Assembly: GCA_965200645.1 (NCBI GenBank)
Contig: CBDAUN010000003.1
Location: 1,472,968-1,536,967 of the forward strand
Length of the DNA stretch: 64,000 bases
Source: Arenicellales bacterium
GTDB lineage: Bacteria > Pseudomonadota > Gammaproteobacteria > Arenicellales > JAJDZL01
Reading direction: 5' to 3'
Below are positions 51,771 to 60,744 of the stretch, piece after piece. How positions within the stretch are numbered: the first letter of the stretch is position 1; the number at the start of each line of letters is the position of its first letter. Both the position numbers and the translations under genes were made by a program. The notes under the pieces are model-generated. The model was not told where the DNA came from and did not search any database. It saw nothing but the letters and a program-made list of their open reading frames with translations.

Positions 51771-53189
51771 ATGGCTGACAAACCACGAATTGCAATCGGT
51801 GGCGTGTGGCATGAAACCAACACCTTCGCAGTTGGCTTAACCACATTTGACAACTTTGAAGATTATCAGTTCGCTCGCGGTACTGAAATTTTGCAACGTT
51901 ATGCCAATACAAACACCGAATTGGGTGGATTTATTCAAAAATTGGCCGAATTCGATATGGAGCCGGTGCCACTGTTGTATGCAGCCGCAGTACCCTCTGC
52001 GATTATTTCGGCAGATGCAGCTGAGAGAATTTGTGATGAACTCATCGACCACTTACGTAAAAATGCCCCAGTGGATAGTCTGGCCATTGCTCTGCACGGT
52101 GCTGCCGTAGCACAAAACGCACCAGAATATGATGCGTACGTGCTGAGAAGAATTCGAGATGAAGTTGGCGATGACATACCAATTGTCTGCCCATTCGACT
52201 ATCACGCTAACTTAAACAGTGAAATTGTCCAACAAGCGACCTTGTTAACGGGGTACGACACTTATCCACATATTGACATGGCGGATAGAGGAGCAGAATC
52301 GATTGAAATTCTCAATGCCATTCAGTCGACGGGGAAAGTTCCGAACAAAGCATTTAGACGAATTCCCGTTGTTACGACTCCGTTGAAGCAGCAAACTGAT
52401 GAACCTCCAATGCGGGACATTATGCAGTTGTTACGCGAAGTTCAGCAAAAGCCTGATGTGGTGTCAGCGTCGGTAGCCATGGGTTTTCCCTACACGGACA
52501 AACAGTACCGTGGTGCAAGTGTGCTGGTCTATTCGCACATTCAGGAAGTGGCGGATGAATATGTGAACTTGTTGACCGATGCGATAGTGGATGCAAGTGA
52601 AGAGTTTCAGCCCGAAGTTGTGACGGTAGAAGATGGGGTTAGACAGGCTGTGGTGAGTCGAAAAACCCCCGTAGTAATCGTGGAATCTGCTGACAACGTC
52701 GGCGGCGGCAGTGCCGGTGATGCAACTGATGTACTTCAGGCTTTGCTAAAGCAGAACGCTCAAGGTTCGGTCATTGTTATCGCTGACCCGGAAGCAGTCA
52801 AGGCGGCCAAGCAGGTTGGCAAGGACGGTAAGTTTGAATTTAGCATTGGTGGTAAAACGGATGACCACCACGGAAACCCTGTTTATGTGGAAGGTGTTGT
52901 GACTAACATCTGCGACGGAGTATTCGAGCACAAGGGTTCGTATATGACTGGATTCATAACTTCTATGGGCGACACCGCAGTAGTAGATTCGAATGGAATC
53001 CTAATTGTACTTACCTCACTTCGCACCATGCCGTTTGATGCAGAACAACTGCGCTGTGTCGATATTGAGCCTAAAGGTCAGAAAATTATCGTAGTTAAAT
53101 CCGCAATCGCTTGGAAAGCAGCATATGGAAATATTGCGAATAAAGTGGTGCTGGTAGATTCGTCAGGTGTCTGCCCCGTAAACGTTTAA
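51771..53189 (+). CDS. M81 family metallopeptidase (MlrC-like)
   Basis: 472 aa. The N-terminal PRIAIGGVWHETNTFA is characteristic of MlrC/M81. Confidence 0.75.
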   Translation: MADKPRIAIGGVWHETNTFAVGLTTFDNFEDYQFARGTEILQRYANTNTELGGFIQKLAEFDMEPVPLLYAAAVPSAIISADAAERICDELIDHLRKNAPVDSLAIALHGAAVAQNAPEYDAYVLRRIRDEVGDDIPIVCPFDYHANLNSEIVQQATLLTGYDTYPHIDMADRGAESIEILNAIQSTGKVPNKAFRRIPVVTTPLKQQTDEPPMRDIMQLLREVQQKPDVVSASVAMGFPYTDKQYRGASVLVYSHIQEVADEYVNLLTDAIVDASEEFQPEVVTVEDGVRQAVVSRKTPVVIVESADNVGGGSAGDATDVLQALLKQNAQGSVIVIADPEAVKAAKQVGKDGKFEFSIGGKTDDHHGNPVYVEGVVTNICDGVFEHKGSYMTGFITSMGDTAVVDSNGILIVLTSLRTMPFDAEQLRCVDIEPKGQKIIVVKSAIAWKAAYGNIANKVVLVDSSGVCPVNV

Positions 53190-53218
53190 TCCGTCATTTA
53201 ATGGTTCCTTGGCGCGAG

Positions 53219-53527
53219 TTAATCAATGTCTATTACACTGGTCATCTCGGTATAGGTGTTTGTAACTATCCTTACCGCAATGCGACCGTTCTTTGGTCTT
53301 CTGAATGGTGTCGATTTGAGTGAAATACATGCTGTCACGAAGTTCTGGAGCCAAACTTCTACAGAAACCCTTAATCTGTTTGGACGCCTGCCTTCCTGCT
53401 TCTCATTCGTGGCGCGAAAATTCGCGTTAAACTTCCAATGTCCACTAGGTTCAACGTAGGGATTATTAATAACCGGATTGATCGGTTCGGTGCCAGTCAC
53501 TGATTTGGAAATTCCCTCATCGGTCAA
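53219..53527 (-). pseudogene. short chimeric ORF, probable restriction-modification remnant
   Basis: INPVINNPYVEPSGHWKF...EGRRP resembles the N-terminal box of type III-like Res/helicase (or partner methylase) proteins. The C-terminal PF..PKNGRIAVRIV...E resembles the tail of the associated DNA methyltransferases. Only 102 codons lie between them. The frame is open upstream to 53560 without a canonical start. Confidence 0.4.
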
Positions 53528-53819
53528 ATCAGATGTTCTGAAGATCGATTCTACGTCACGTTAACATCCCTGTGCAACTTGTGGCACACACCCCTAAGAC
53601 AGGTGATCTCAAATTAGAAAGTAAAAGCTAATTTGCATGCGAGAAGTTCGGCCTAACCAGACTCTCAAACCATTAGGTTACAACCTGTTTGCTAAGGAAT
53701 ACTTCGGCCAGTTACGCAAGGTTGACGGATTGGAGTAGTGCTTACGGGGGACTAACTGCGCCATCACTTTATACTTCGGATTGAATTGTATGAATCCTCA
53801 AAGAAACTCTCCATTATCC

Positions 53820-54200
53820 TCAAAGCAATCCTCGTTCTTCCAAAACTTTTCTTGCAACTCTAAAGCATTGAAGACTTTGAGGAACGCCACAATAAATTCC
53901 AATAACGTGAATGATTGATCTGATTTCCTCCTTACTCACTCCGTTATTTATTGCTCCATTACAGTGAATCTCCCATTCATGCATCTTGTCGAGCGCACCG
54001 AGCATAGTCAAATTCATCATTGATCGAGTTTTTGCATCGATGGTGTCATCGCCCCAGCCAAATCCCCAACACCACTGCGTCATCGCTTCCTGAAAAGGTC
54101 GGCTAAATTCGTCAGCGCTTGCTAGATTTTGCTCAACATACTCTTCGCCAAGTGTAGACTTGCGTGCATTTAAACCTCTTTCAAATAGTTCCTTGTCCAT
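53820..54200 (-). CDS. carboxymuconolactone decarboxylase (CMD/AhpD-like) family protein
   Basis: MDKELFERGLNARKSTLGEEYV and the downstream helices fit the PcaC-like CMD family. The ATG at 54200 is preferred over the track start at 54248. 20-nt overlap with the upstream oxygenase gene. Confidence 0.7.
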   Translation of the reverse strand: MDKELFERGLNARKSTLGEEYVEQNLASADEFSRPFQEAMTQWCWGFGWGDDTIDAKTRSMMNLTMLGALDKMHEWEIHCNGAINNGVSKEEIRSIIHVIGIYCGVPQSLQCFRVARKVLEERGLL

Positions 54201-55320
54201 CCAGTAAACTCCTCTCTTGCAATTTCGATTTATGACCCCTGTACTCAACTGCTTGCCGCATCCAGCCTTGCAATACTTTTATCGAGTGCTCTGAATTCAC
54301 ACCTGAGTTGGGGTCAACTACCAAAGGTCCAGGTCGATAACCTTTGCTGTTCAAGCCTCGCTGCACCGATTCAACCAAATGAATATCTTCCTCTACTGTT
54401 GTTTCACGATCCTGAATTGCCAACTGGCGAATAGTATCGGATTCTTCTCCACCGACTGTAAACCAACCCCGCCAAACTTCAACCGTATCCACACTTAGTG
54501 GACGCCAATGGTAAGTGTTTAAAACATTGCCGGGATACACTTGAAAGGAAAACATCGGCCATAAAAACCATGATGAATATTTTCCGGCATTAAGATTCGA
54601 CTCCGTATTGATTTCGTAACTCATTTGGTCCAAGTTTTGGCACTCTGTGGTATGTCGCAAACAATGTCCTTGCGGTTGAATGTCATAGGTTTCAGGTTTA
54701 ATCACGCCGCTTGAAAATGTTTTGTGATTGATTCGACAGTGATAGCACTCTGAGTAATTTTCAACTGATAACTTCCAATTACAGTTTTCTTCAACAGTGA
54801 CCCACTCCAATAGTGCCAATTCAGCGATTTGCGGCACATACTCTTGCAATTCCTGACGAGCATTCGGAAACCACTCGTCCATTGGCGCAGCATGGTCATC
54901 CAAGTTGATGAAGATAAAGCCATGAAAATTCTCAACACGTACTTCAGTCAGGCATATTTTGGAAATGTCCAAACCGGGTACAGACTTTAAGTTAGGGCCA
55001 CCCATAAGTCTGCCAGCCAAATTGTAGGTCCAGTTGTGATAAGGACATACCAATAGTCTGGTTTGACCACTTCCGGACACCAACTCGTGTGCTCGGTGCT
55101 GACACACGTTGTAGAAAACACGAACTGCATGATCCTTTCCCCGCACACAAAACAAGTTTTGTCCAGCAACTTCAAATGAAACGTATTGACCAACCTGACG
55201 TACTTGAGATTCATGACAGGCAAACTGCCAGGTTTTCGACATCATACCCAATTGTTCCTGACTGAAGACTTCAGGTGCCAAATAGTATCGAGCTTCAAGT
55301 GAATGTACGAGATTGTTCAA
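54181..55320 (-). CDS. Rieske [2Fe-2S] non-haem iron oxygenase alpha subunit (GbcA/Stc2-like)
   Basis: Rieske motif CQHRAHEL...CPYHNWTY and mononuclear iron region ENYSECYHCRINH. 379 aa with a TTG start overlapping the RpiR stop (TTGA). Confidence 0.85.
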   Translation of the reverse strand: MNNLVHSLEARYYLAPEVFSQEQLGMMSKTWQFACHESQVRQVGQYVSFEVAGQNLFCVRGKDHAVRVFYNVCQHRAHELVSGSGQTRLLVCPYHNWTYNLAGRLMGGPNLKSVPGLDISKICLTEVRVENFHGFIFINLDDHAAPMDEWFPNARQELQEYVPQIAELALLEWVTVEENCNWKLSVENYSECYHCRINHKTFSSGVIKPETYDIQPQGHCLRHTTECQNLDQMSYEINTESNLNAGKYSSWFLWPMFSFQVYPGNVLNTYHWRPLSVDTVEVWRGWFTVGGEESDTIRQLAIQDRETTVEEDIHLVESVQRGLNSKGYRPGPLVVDPNSGVNSEHSIKVLQGWMRQAVEYRGHKSKLQERSLLDGQGTI

Positions 55321-56234
55321 CTCATCTCTCCATTGGCAGTTTCGTATATTTGTAGGCTGTAGCGTCGTGCATGGATTTGTTCAATTCTTGAAGTTGCCTC
55401 CCGGTCCTCCCCTGCAATCACAAATGCCATCATAGCCTCAAGCAATGCCGCTGCCGCCACCGTAGACGGAAAAAATTGAGGCGTATCCGTATGCACTATG
55501 AATTTGTAATCACTTGCAGTTACGATTGGCGAGGCCAAACTGTCCGAAATAGCTGTGACAGTCACATTTTGTTGCTTCGCAACTTCCACAGCACGAACCA
55601 CCTCTGCACGATAGGGTTTAAAAGTCATTGCAATTAGAACATCCCCTTCAGTTGCTCGTGCTAAATCATCAATCGCATTACTGCCATTCTTCGGAATAGC
55701 AATGAAATTATTTCTGGCCATATCACCTAGATAAGCAAATCCGTTTGCCAATGTCGAATTAACACCCACCCCGAGTATATACACCCTCTTCGCCCGCACG
55801 ACCGCGTCAGCAACCTCCTTCATCTGAATGGCATCTGCTGATGCGAAGGTGTTCTCAATGTTAACTATGGCGCTTTTAGCCAGGTCAGCATAAAGGCTCG
55901 ATAGCTTACCCCCCTTGGATAGCGATTGCAGCCAAATTGCCCGGTCCAGAAAATCCACCTGCCCACTTCTGATCTGCTCACGAAAGGGTTTACGAAAATC
56001 TTCATACCCACTAAATCCAACAGACTGCGCCATACGCACAACCGTGTTCGGCTTAACCCTGGCGGCATCAGCAATTTCGCGAACCGAACAGACTCCCACA
56101 GCATTGGGATTATCTAAAATATAGGTGGCAACCTTACGAACTTCTGGTGTCATGACCGACAACTTCCCTGACATCTCATCCAGCATGCTACGTGGACTAA
56201 GGCTATCTTCGTTTGGTACATTTACTCCTTTCAT
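55317..56234 (-). CDS. MurR/RpiR family transcriptional regulator
   Basis: 305 aa. N-terminal HTH (VREIADAARVKPNTVVRMAQSVGFSGY) plus a SIS domain. Confidence 0.85.
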   Translation of the reverse strand: MKGVNVPNEDSLSPRSMLDEMSGKLSVMTPEVRKVATYILDNPNAVGVCSVREIADAARVKPNTVVRMAQSVGFSGYEDFRKPFREQIRSGQVDFLDRAIWLQSLSKGGKLSSLYADLAKSAIVNIENTFASADAIQMKEVADAVVRAKRVYILGVGVNSTLANGFAYLGDMARNNFIAIPKNGSNAIDDLARATEGDVLIAMTFKPYRAEVVRAVEVAKQQNVTVTAISDSLASPIVTASDYKFIVHTDTPQFFPSTVAAAALLEAMMAFVIAGEDREATSRIEQIHARRYSLQIYETANGEMS

Positions 56235-56264
56235 ATATCATTATGGTATATTTGTACTAATACA

Positions 56265-58751
56265 TTGTCAAACCATAAAGCGCCGTTTCGAGCTAGAGTG
56301 AACCGGACCAATTCATTACCTACTTCCGCCAGGGTCGTGGTAATTGGTGGCGGCATTATGGGCTGTGGAATTGCCTATCACCTTGCTCACGAAGGCTGGA
56401 AGGATGTTGTGTTACTGGAAAAGGCCGAATTGGCCTCTGGCTCAACCTGGCACGCCGCCGGACAAATCACGCAATCCGTATCGAACATCGGTCTTGGCAG
56501 ATGTGTCGGCTACAACATAGACCTGTATTCAGGCAAACTTGAAGCAAAAACAGGTCAGTCCGTGACTTGGCACGGTTGCGGTTCAATTCGACTCGCCTAT
56601 ACCGAAGATGAAATGGACTGGCTGCGCCACACCATCAGCGTGGGTCGGGCTTTAGGGTTTTGCATGGAGTTGATCACCTCCAAACGTATCGCTGAACTGC
56701 ATCCTTTCTATAACTTGGACGGAATTATTGGCGGACTCCACACGCCAGACGACGGACATGTTGACCCATCAGGGGTCACCCATGCACTGGCAATTGGTGC
56801 TAGAACGCTTGGTGTAAAGATCATTCGTCGTTGTCGAGCAACTGACATCAATATGAACAACAGTGGCGAATGGATCGTTAAAACAGATCAAGGCGATATC
56901 ACCTGTGAACACGTTGTCAATGCCGCCGGCACTTATGCAAGACAAATTGGAGAATGGAACAGCCTCCAACTTCCCATGACATCAATGACTCATCACTATC
57001 TTGTAACTGACACGGTTCCAGAGTTTTTAGACTTACGTTCAGAACTCCCGGTGATTCGAGATGATCGCATGGTATCCGGCTATGTGCGTATGGAACAGAA
57101 GTCCGGTTTGATTGGAATCTATGAAAAGGAATCACCTAACACTGTTTGGCTAGATGAATGTCCCTGGGAGGCAGAAAATGAACTGTTCGAAGTGGATTAC
57201 GACCGCATCATGCCTTGGCTCGACAATGCATTCGAGCGAATGCCCGTCTTGTCCAAACTTGGAATTAAGCGAGGTGTTCATGGAGCAATATCTCACCCTC
57301 CGGACGGTCATCCGCTGATTGGGCCGGCACCCAAAACCACTAACTACTGGTGCTGCTGCGGAACTCAAATTGGAATTGGCTGGGGTCCGGGTCTAACCCG
57401 AGAACTGGCTCGCTGGATGGTGCATGGAGCAGCCGATATATCCATGCGTGAATTTGATCCCAGACGATTTGGCGATTACGCAAACAAGAAATGGCAAGTC
57501 ATTAAGGCCAAAGAAGATTACTGCCTGCGACATGAAATTCCTTTTCCACATTTCAACCGAAACGCCGGACGTCCGGTAAAACGTAGTGCACTCTACCACA
57601 AGCTTATGCAAAAAGGTGCGGTATTTGAAGAAGTTTTTGGCCATGAACGCCCGCGCTGGTTTGCAAAAAATGGTATCGCGCAGCACGATCACTACTCTTT
57701 TAAACGAAACGAACTGCATGACATCCTAAAAAATGAAATACAAGCTGTTCGTGAACGGGTTGGCCTAATGGACATCACTGCATTTACCAAAGTGGAGGTC
57801 TCGGGAACTGATGCGCAAGCATTTATCGATCGACTTGTGGCCAATCGCCTGCCAACGAGAAAAAATGGGATCATTCTGACCCACCTCCTGAACAGACGAG
57901 GTCGAATCGAAATAGAACTTACCGTAGCTCGAATCAGCCAAAAACGGTTTTATCTCATCTGTGCGGCGTTTTTTGAACAACGTCTGGTTGACCACCTCAA
58001 CCAATATCGGATTAACGAAGACGTAACGATTGAAAATCTTACCGATCAATGGTCAGCTGTCGCCATACAAGGCCCGCGGTCACGAGATGTACTGGGGACT
58101 AACACCGATGCAGCTTTAGATAATGCCAACTTTCCGTGGCTGACGGCCCAGCAAATTTCGATCGTGGGCAAACCTGCCGTAGCAATGCGACTGTCATATG
58201 CCGGTGAATTGGGTTGGGAAATCCATTGTCCCAACGAGTGCATGCCGGCAATCTATGATAGTTTTTGGGAGTCGGGAATAGATTACCGAATTACTGACTA
58301 CGGATCATTCGCAATGAATACAATGCGAATGGAAAAGATGTTCAAAGGCGCAAATGAATTAACCAATGAAGTCACTCTGCCAGAGGCAGATGTAATGCGC
58401 TTTGTGAAACTCAAAAAAGGTGACTTTGTAGGCAGAGCAGCAACCGAAGCCAGCTCAACTGCTGACAATAAGTGGCTTTGTGTTTACTTGTCGATTGAAC
58501 CCGATGGAATCTATGACGGCCATGGCGGAGAAGCGGTGATTTATAAGGACAAATGTATAGGCTCTACGACATCGATGGCGTTTAGTCACACAGTTGGAAA
58601 AATATTGGCATTCGCGTACATTGACCCCGAATTTGCAAACCCAAACTTAGAGCTCGAGGTTCTGATTGCAGGCAATCCTCGTCAAGCTACACTATTGGAA
58701 AGACCTGTATACGACCCAGAAAATATTCGCCCGAGGACAGATGCCTTATGA
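56265..58751 (+). CDS. FAD-dependent oxidoreductase fused to GcvT-type folate-binding domain (dimethylglycine/sarcosine dehydrogenase-like)
   Basis: 828 aa. VVVIGGGIMGCGIAYHLA dinucleotide fold, then a C-terminal aminomethyltransferase-like half (AVAIQGPRSRDVL, SYAGELGWE). Confidence 0.85.
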   Translation: MSNHKAPFRARVNRTNSLPTSARVVVIGGGIMGCGIAYHLAHEGWKDVVLLEKAELASGSTWHAAGQITQSVSNIGLGRCVGYNIDLYSGKLEAKTGQSVTWHGCGSIRLAYTEDEMDWLRHTISVGRALGFCMELITSKRIAELHPFYNLDGIIGGLHTPDDGHVDPSGVTHALAIGARTLGVKIIRRCRATDINMNNSGEWIVKTDQGDITCEHVVNAAGTYARQIGEWNSLQLPMTSMTHHYLVTDTVPEFLDLRSELPVIRDDRMVSGYVRMEQKSGLIGIYEKESPNTVWLDECPWEAENELFEVDYDRIMPWLDNAFERMPVLSKLGIKRGVHGAISHPPDGHPLIGPAPKTTNYWCCCGTQIGIGWGPGLTRELARWMVHGAADISMREFDPRRFGDYANKKWQVIKAKEDYCLRHEIPFPHFNRNAGRPVKRSALYHKLMQKGAVFEEVFGHERPRWFAKNGIAQHDHYSFKRNELHDILKNEIQAVRERVGLMDITAFTKVEVSGTDAQAFIDRLVANRLPTRKNGIILTHLLNRRGRIEIELTVARISQKRFYLICAAFFEQRLVDHLNQYRINEDVTIENLTDQWSAVAIQGPRSRDVLGTNTDAALDNANFPWLTAQQISIVGKPAVAMRLSYAGELGWEIHCPNECMPAIYDSFWESGIDYRITDYGSFAMNTMRMEKMFKGANELTNEVTLPEADVMRFVKLKKGDFVGRAATEASSTADNKWLCVYLSIEPDGIYDGHGGEAVIYKDKCIGSTTSMAFSHTVGKILAFAYIDPEFANPNLELEVLIAGNPRQATLLERPVYDPENIRPRTDAL

Positions 58752-59851
58752 ATTCAATACCAACCGAAATGCGGGCCTTTGTACTCACTGGCCACGGTGA
58801 CCTCTCAAAACTTGAATATCACACTGATTGGCCAACACCAACACCAAAGTCTAATGAGGTGCTAGTGCAGGTTAAGGCCTGTGGGCTAAACAACACGGAC
58901 ATCAATACCCGAACAGGTTGGTATTCAAAGTCCGTCACTGGTCAAACTTCCTCAGATGGCTACAAAAATACCGAAGACTTTGATGCTGCCTGGGGTGGTA
59001 GTTCAATTCAGTTTCCGCGAATTCAAGGAGCTGATATTGCCGGTATAGTGGTGCAAATTGGTGGAAGTGCTAATGGTGACCTGCTAGGGAAGAGAGTGCT
59101 GATTGATGCTTGGCTACGAGATTGGGACGATCCCACTGACTATTATCAGTATGGCTATCTTGGTTCAGAAGCAGATGGCGGGTATGCAGAATATGTTGCT
59201 ATAGATGAACGTCATATACATCCAATTAAGAGCAACCTGTCAGATGCCGAATTGGCGACATTTGCCACAGCTTACGGCACAGCGGAAAACATGCTGGACA
59301 GGATTGGCGTAGACTCAAGCGACACAGTATTAATCACTGGTGCATCCGGCGGAGTCGGCTCCGCACTCATTCAGTTGGCAAATCGACGTGGTGCAACAAC
59401 TATTGCCATGACGAGCTCGTCCAAATACGATCAAGTTCAGGAAATTGGGCCGAATGCCATCATTTCCCGCAACCCTAAAAATCTCCAATCGGAACTACAA
59501 AAGGCCATAGGACAAGACTGTGTCAGCGTTATTGCGGATGTTGTAGGTGGCGATTACTGGCCAACACTCATCGAAACTATTCAGCGCGGTGGCAGGTACG
59601 TGTGCTCCGGAGCAATTGCCGGACCAATTATCAGTGCTGATTTACGAACGATATACCTCAACGACTTGACGTTATGCGGTTCTACTACACCAAAATCTCA
59701 CACATTCGGGAATATGGTGAAGTACATCGAACGCAGTGAAATCAGGCCGCTTCTTTCAAAAGCGTTTCCGCTTCATCAATTGCACGATGCACAAAAAGCC
59801 TTTGTGGAAAAAGCATTTACCGGAAAAATAGTGGTAACAATGGATGACTAA
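58748..59851 (+). CDS. zinc-type/MDR superfamily alcohol dehydrogenase or quinone oxidoreductase
   Basis: 367 aa. EVLVQVKACGLNNTD, and GASGGVGSALIQLA Rossmann motif. ATGA overlap with the upstream gene. Confidence 0.8.
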   Translation: MNSIPTEMRAFVLTGHGDLSKLEYHTDWPTPTPKSNEVLVQVKACGLNNTDINTRTGWYSKSVTGQTSSDGYKNTEDFDAAWGGSSIQFPRIQGADIAGIVVQIGGSANGDLLGKRVLIDAWLRDWDDPTDYYQYGYLGSEADGGYAEYVAIDERHIHPIKSNLSDAELATFATAYGTAENMLDRIGVDSSDTVLITGASGGVGSALIQLANRRGATTIAMTSSSKYDQVQEIGPNAIISRNPKNLQSELQKAIGQDCVSVIADVVGGDYWPTLIETIQRGGRYVCSGAIAGPIISADLRTIYLNDLTLCGSTTPKSHTFGNMVKYIERSEIRPLLSKAFPLHQLHDAQKAFVEKAFTGKIVVTMDD

Positions 59852-59996
59852 TCTTGAAGAATACTACCAGTGAAAATTAGTCGTATTTCGATCTGGCAGT
59901 TAGACTTAAATCTCAAAGAATCATACTGGTTGTCCGGCGGAAGGCTCAAATTTGAAAAACTAGACTCAACACTGGTTTGCATCGAATCAGATGAAG

Positions 59997-60179
59997 GTGT
60001 TTCAGGTTGGGGCGAGGGTTGTCTCTGAGGACACACTTATCTGCCGGCTCACGGCCCAGGAATTCGGTCTGCTATGAGCATTCTTGCATCAGCGATTCTT
60101 GGTTGTGACCCGCGTTCCATCGCATCAGTCAATCGCATAATGGATCAAGTATTACCCCGACCATGGCTATGTCAAGTCC
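59997..60179 (+). repeat. direct repeat copy 1 (183 bp of the MR/MLE gene)
   Basis: Manual alignment to 61985-62167 gives 177/183 identical positions with no gaps. Mismatches at 60024, 60044, 60055, 60129, 60130 and 60166. Confidence 0.9.
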
Positions 60180-60744
60180 AATGTGAAAGGTCTTGGTTCA
60201 GAATAACAAGTTAATCATGGTGGTATGCGGCCGTTTGGTGTAGCATGTTGGGTGGAGAACAGAAGAATTTAACTCAGGTGTTTTGGTCAGCAACAAGCAT
60301 GAAGCCTGAAGTGACCAAAGGCGAATTTTCAGTTCACGGATGGCGTTCAGTCCTCGTTCGACCTGTTTTTTTCATGATAGAAGATTAACTGACTTCAGAT
60401 TTCGACACTCAGTTGTGCTAGTTCGGTGAATTGAAGGCTTGATTCAAAAATCGCTACAAACTAAAAGGTTTACAATGTCACTGAGTGATGGACCATCACG
60501 GCAGGACAGAAACGATGGAAGTTTTTGAACCGCTCTGACACTTAAAGATACAGGCTTAGGTACTTTAATTGCTTGATGGTGGCCATGGGTGTCGCACTCG
60601 GATTCATTGCGTTCGACTTTGTGTGCATCGCGGCTGAGTTGTTTTACTGCAGATCATGCAGTCGTGGCATGTTTTGATAGTTCGGCATGGTCCAGCGCAA
60701 CCTTTGACGTATAGCACAGTCATCAAACCACCCGGAGAGTTAAA

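Noticed and set aside
60026-60028. In-frame TGA in the MR/MLE gene as a possible recoded codon (Trp in genetic code 4, or selenocysteine).
   Set aside because: TGA is used as an ordinary stop by many genes in this window (for example polA, dctQ, the RpiR gene and the DMGDH-like gene). The same gene also carries a frameshift, an insertion and a deletion, so a plain nonsense mutation is the simpler reading.
60245-60388. 47-codon plus-strand ORF (MLGGEQKNLTQVFWSATS...) in the left arm of the insert.
   Set aside because: No recognisable motif, no obvious ribosome-binding site, and a length compatible with chance. Mentioned only for completeness.
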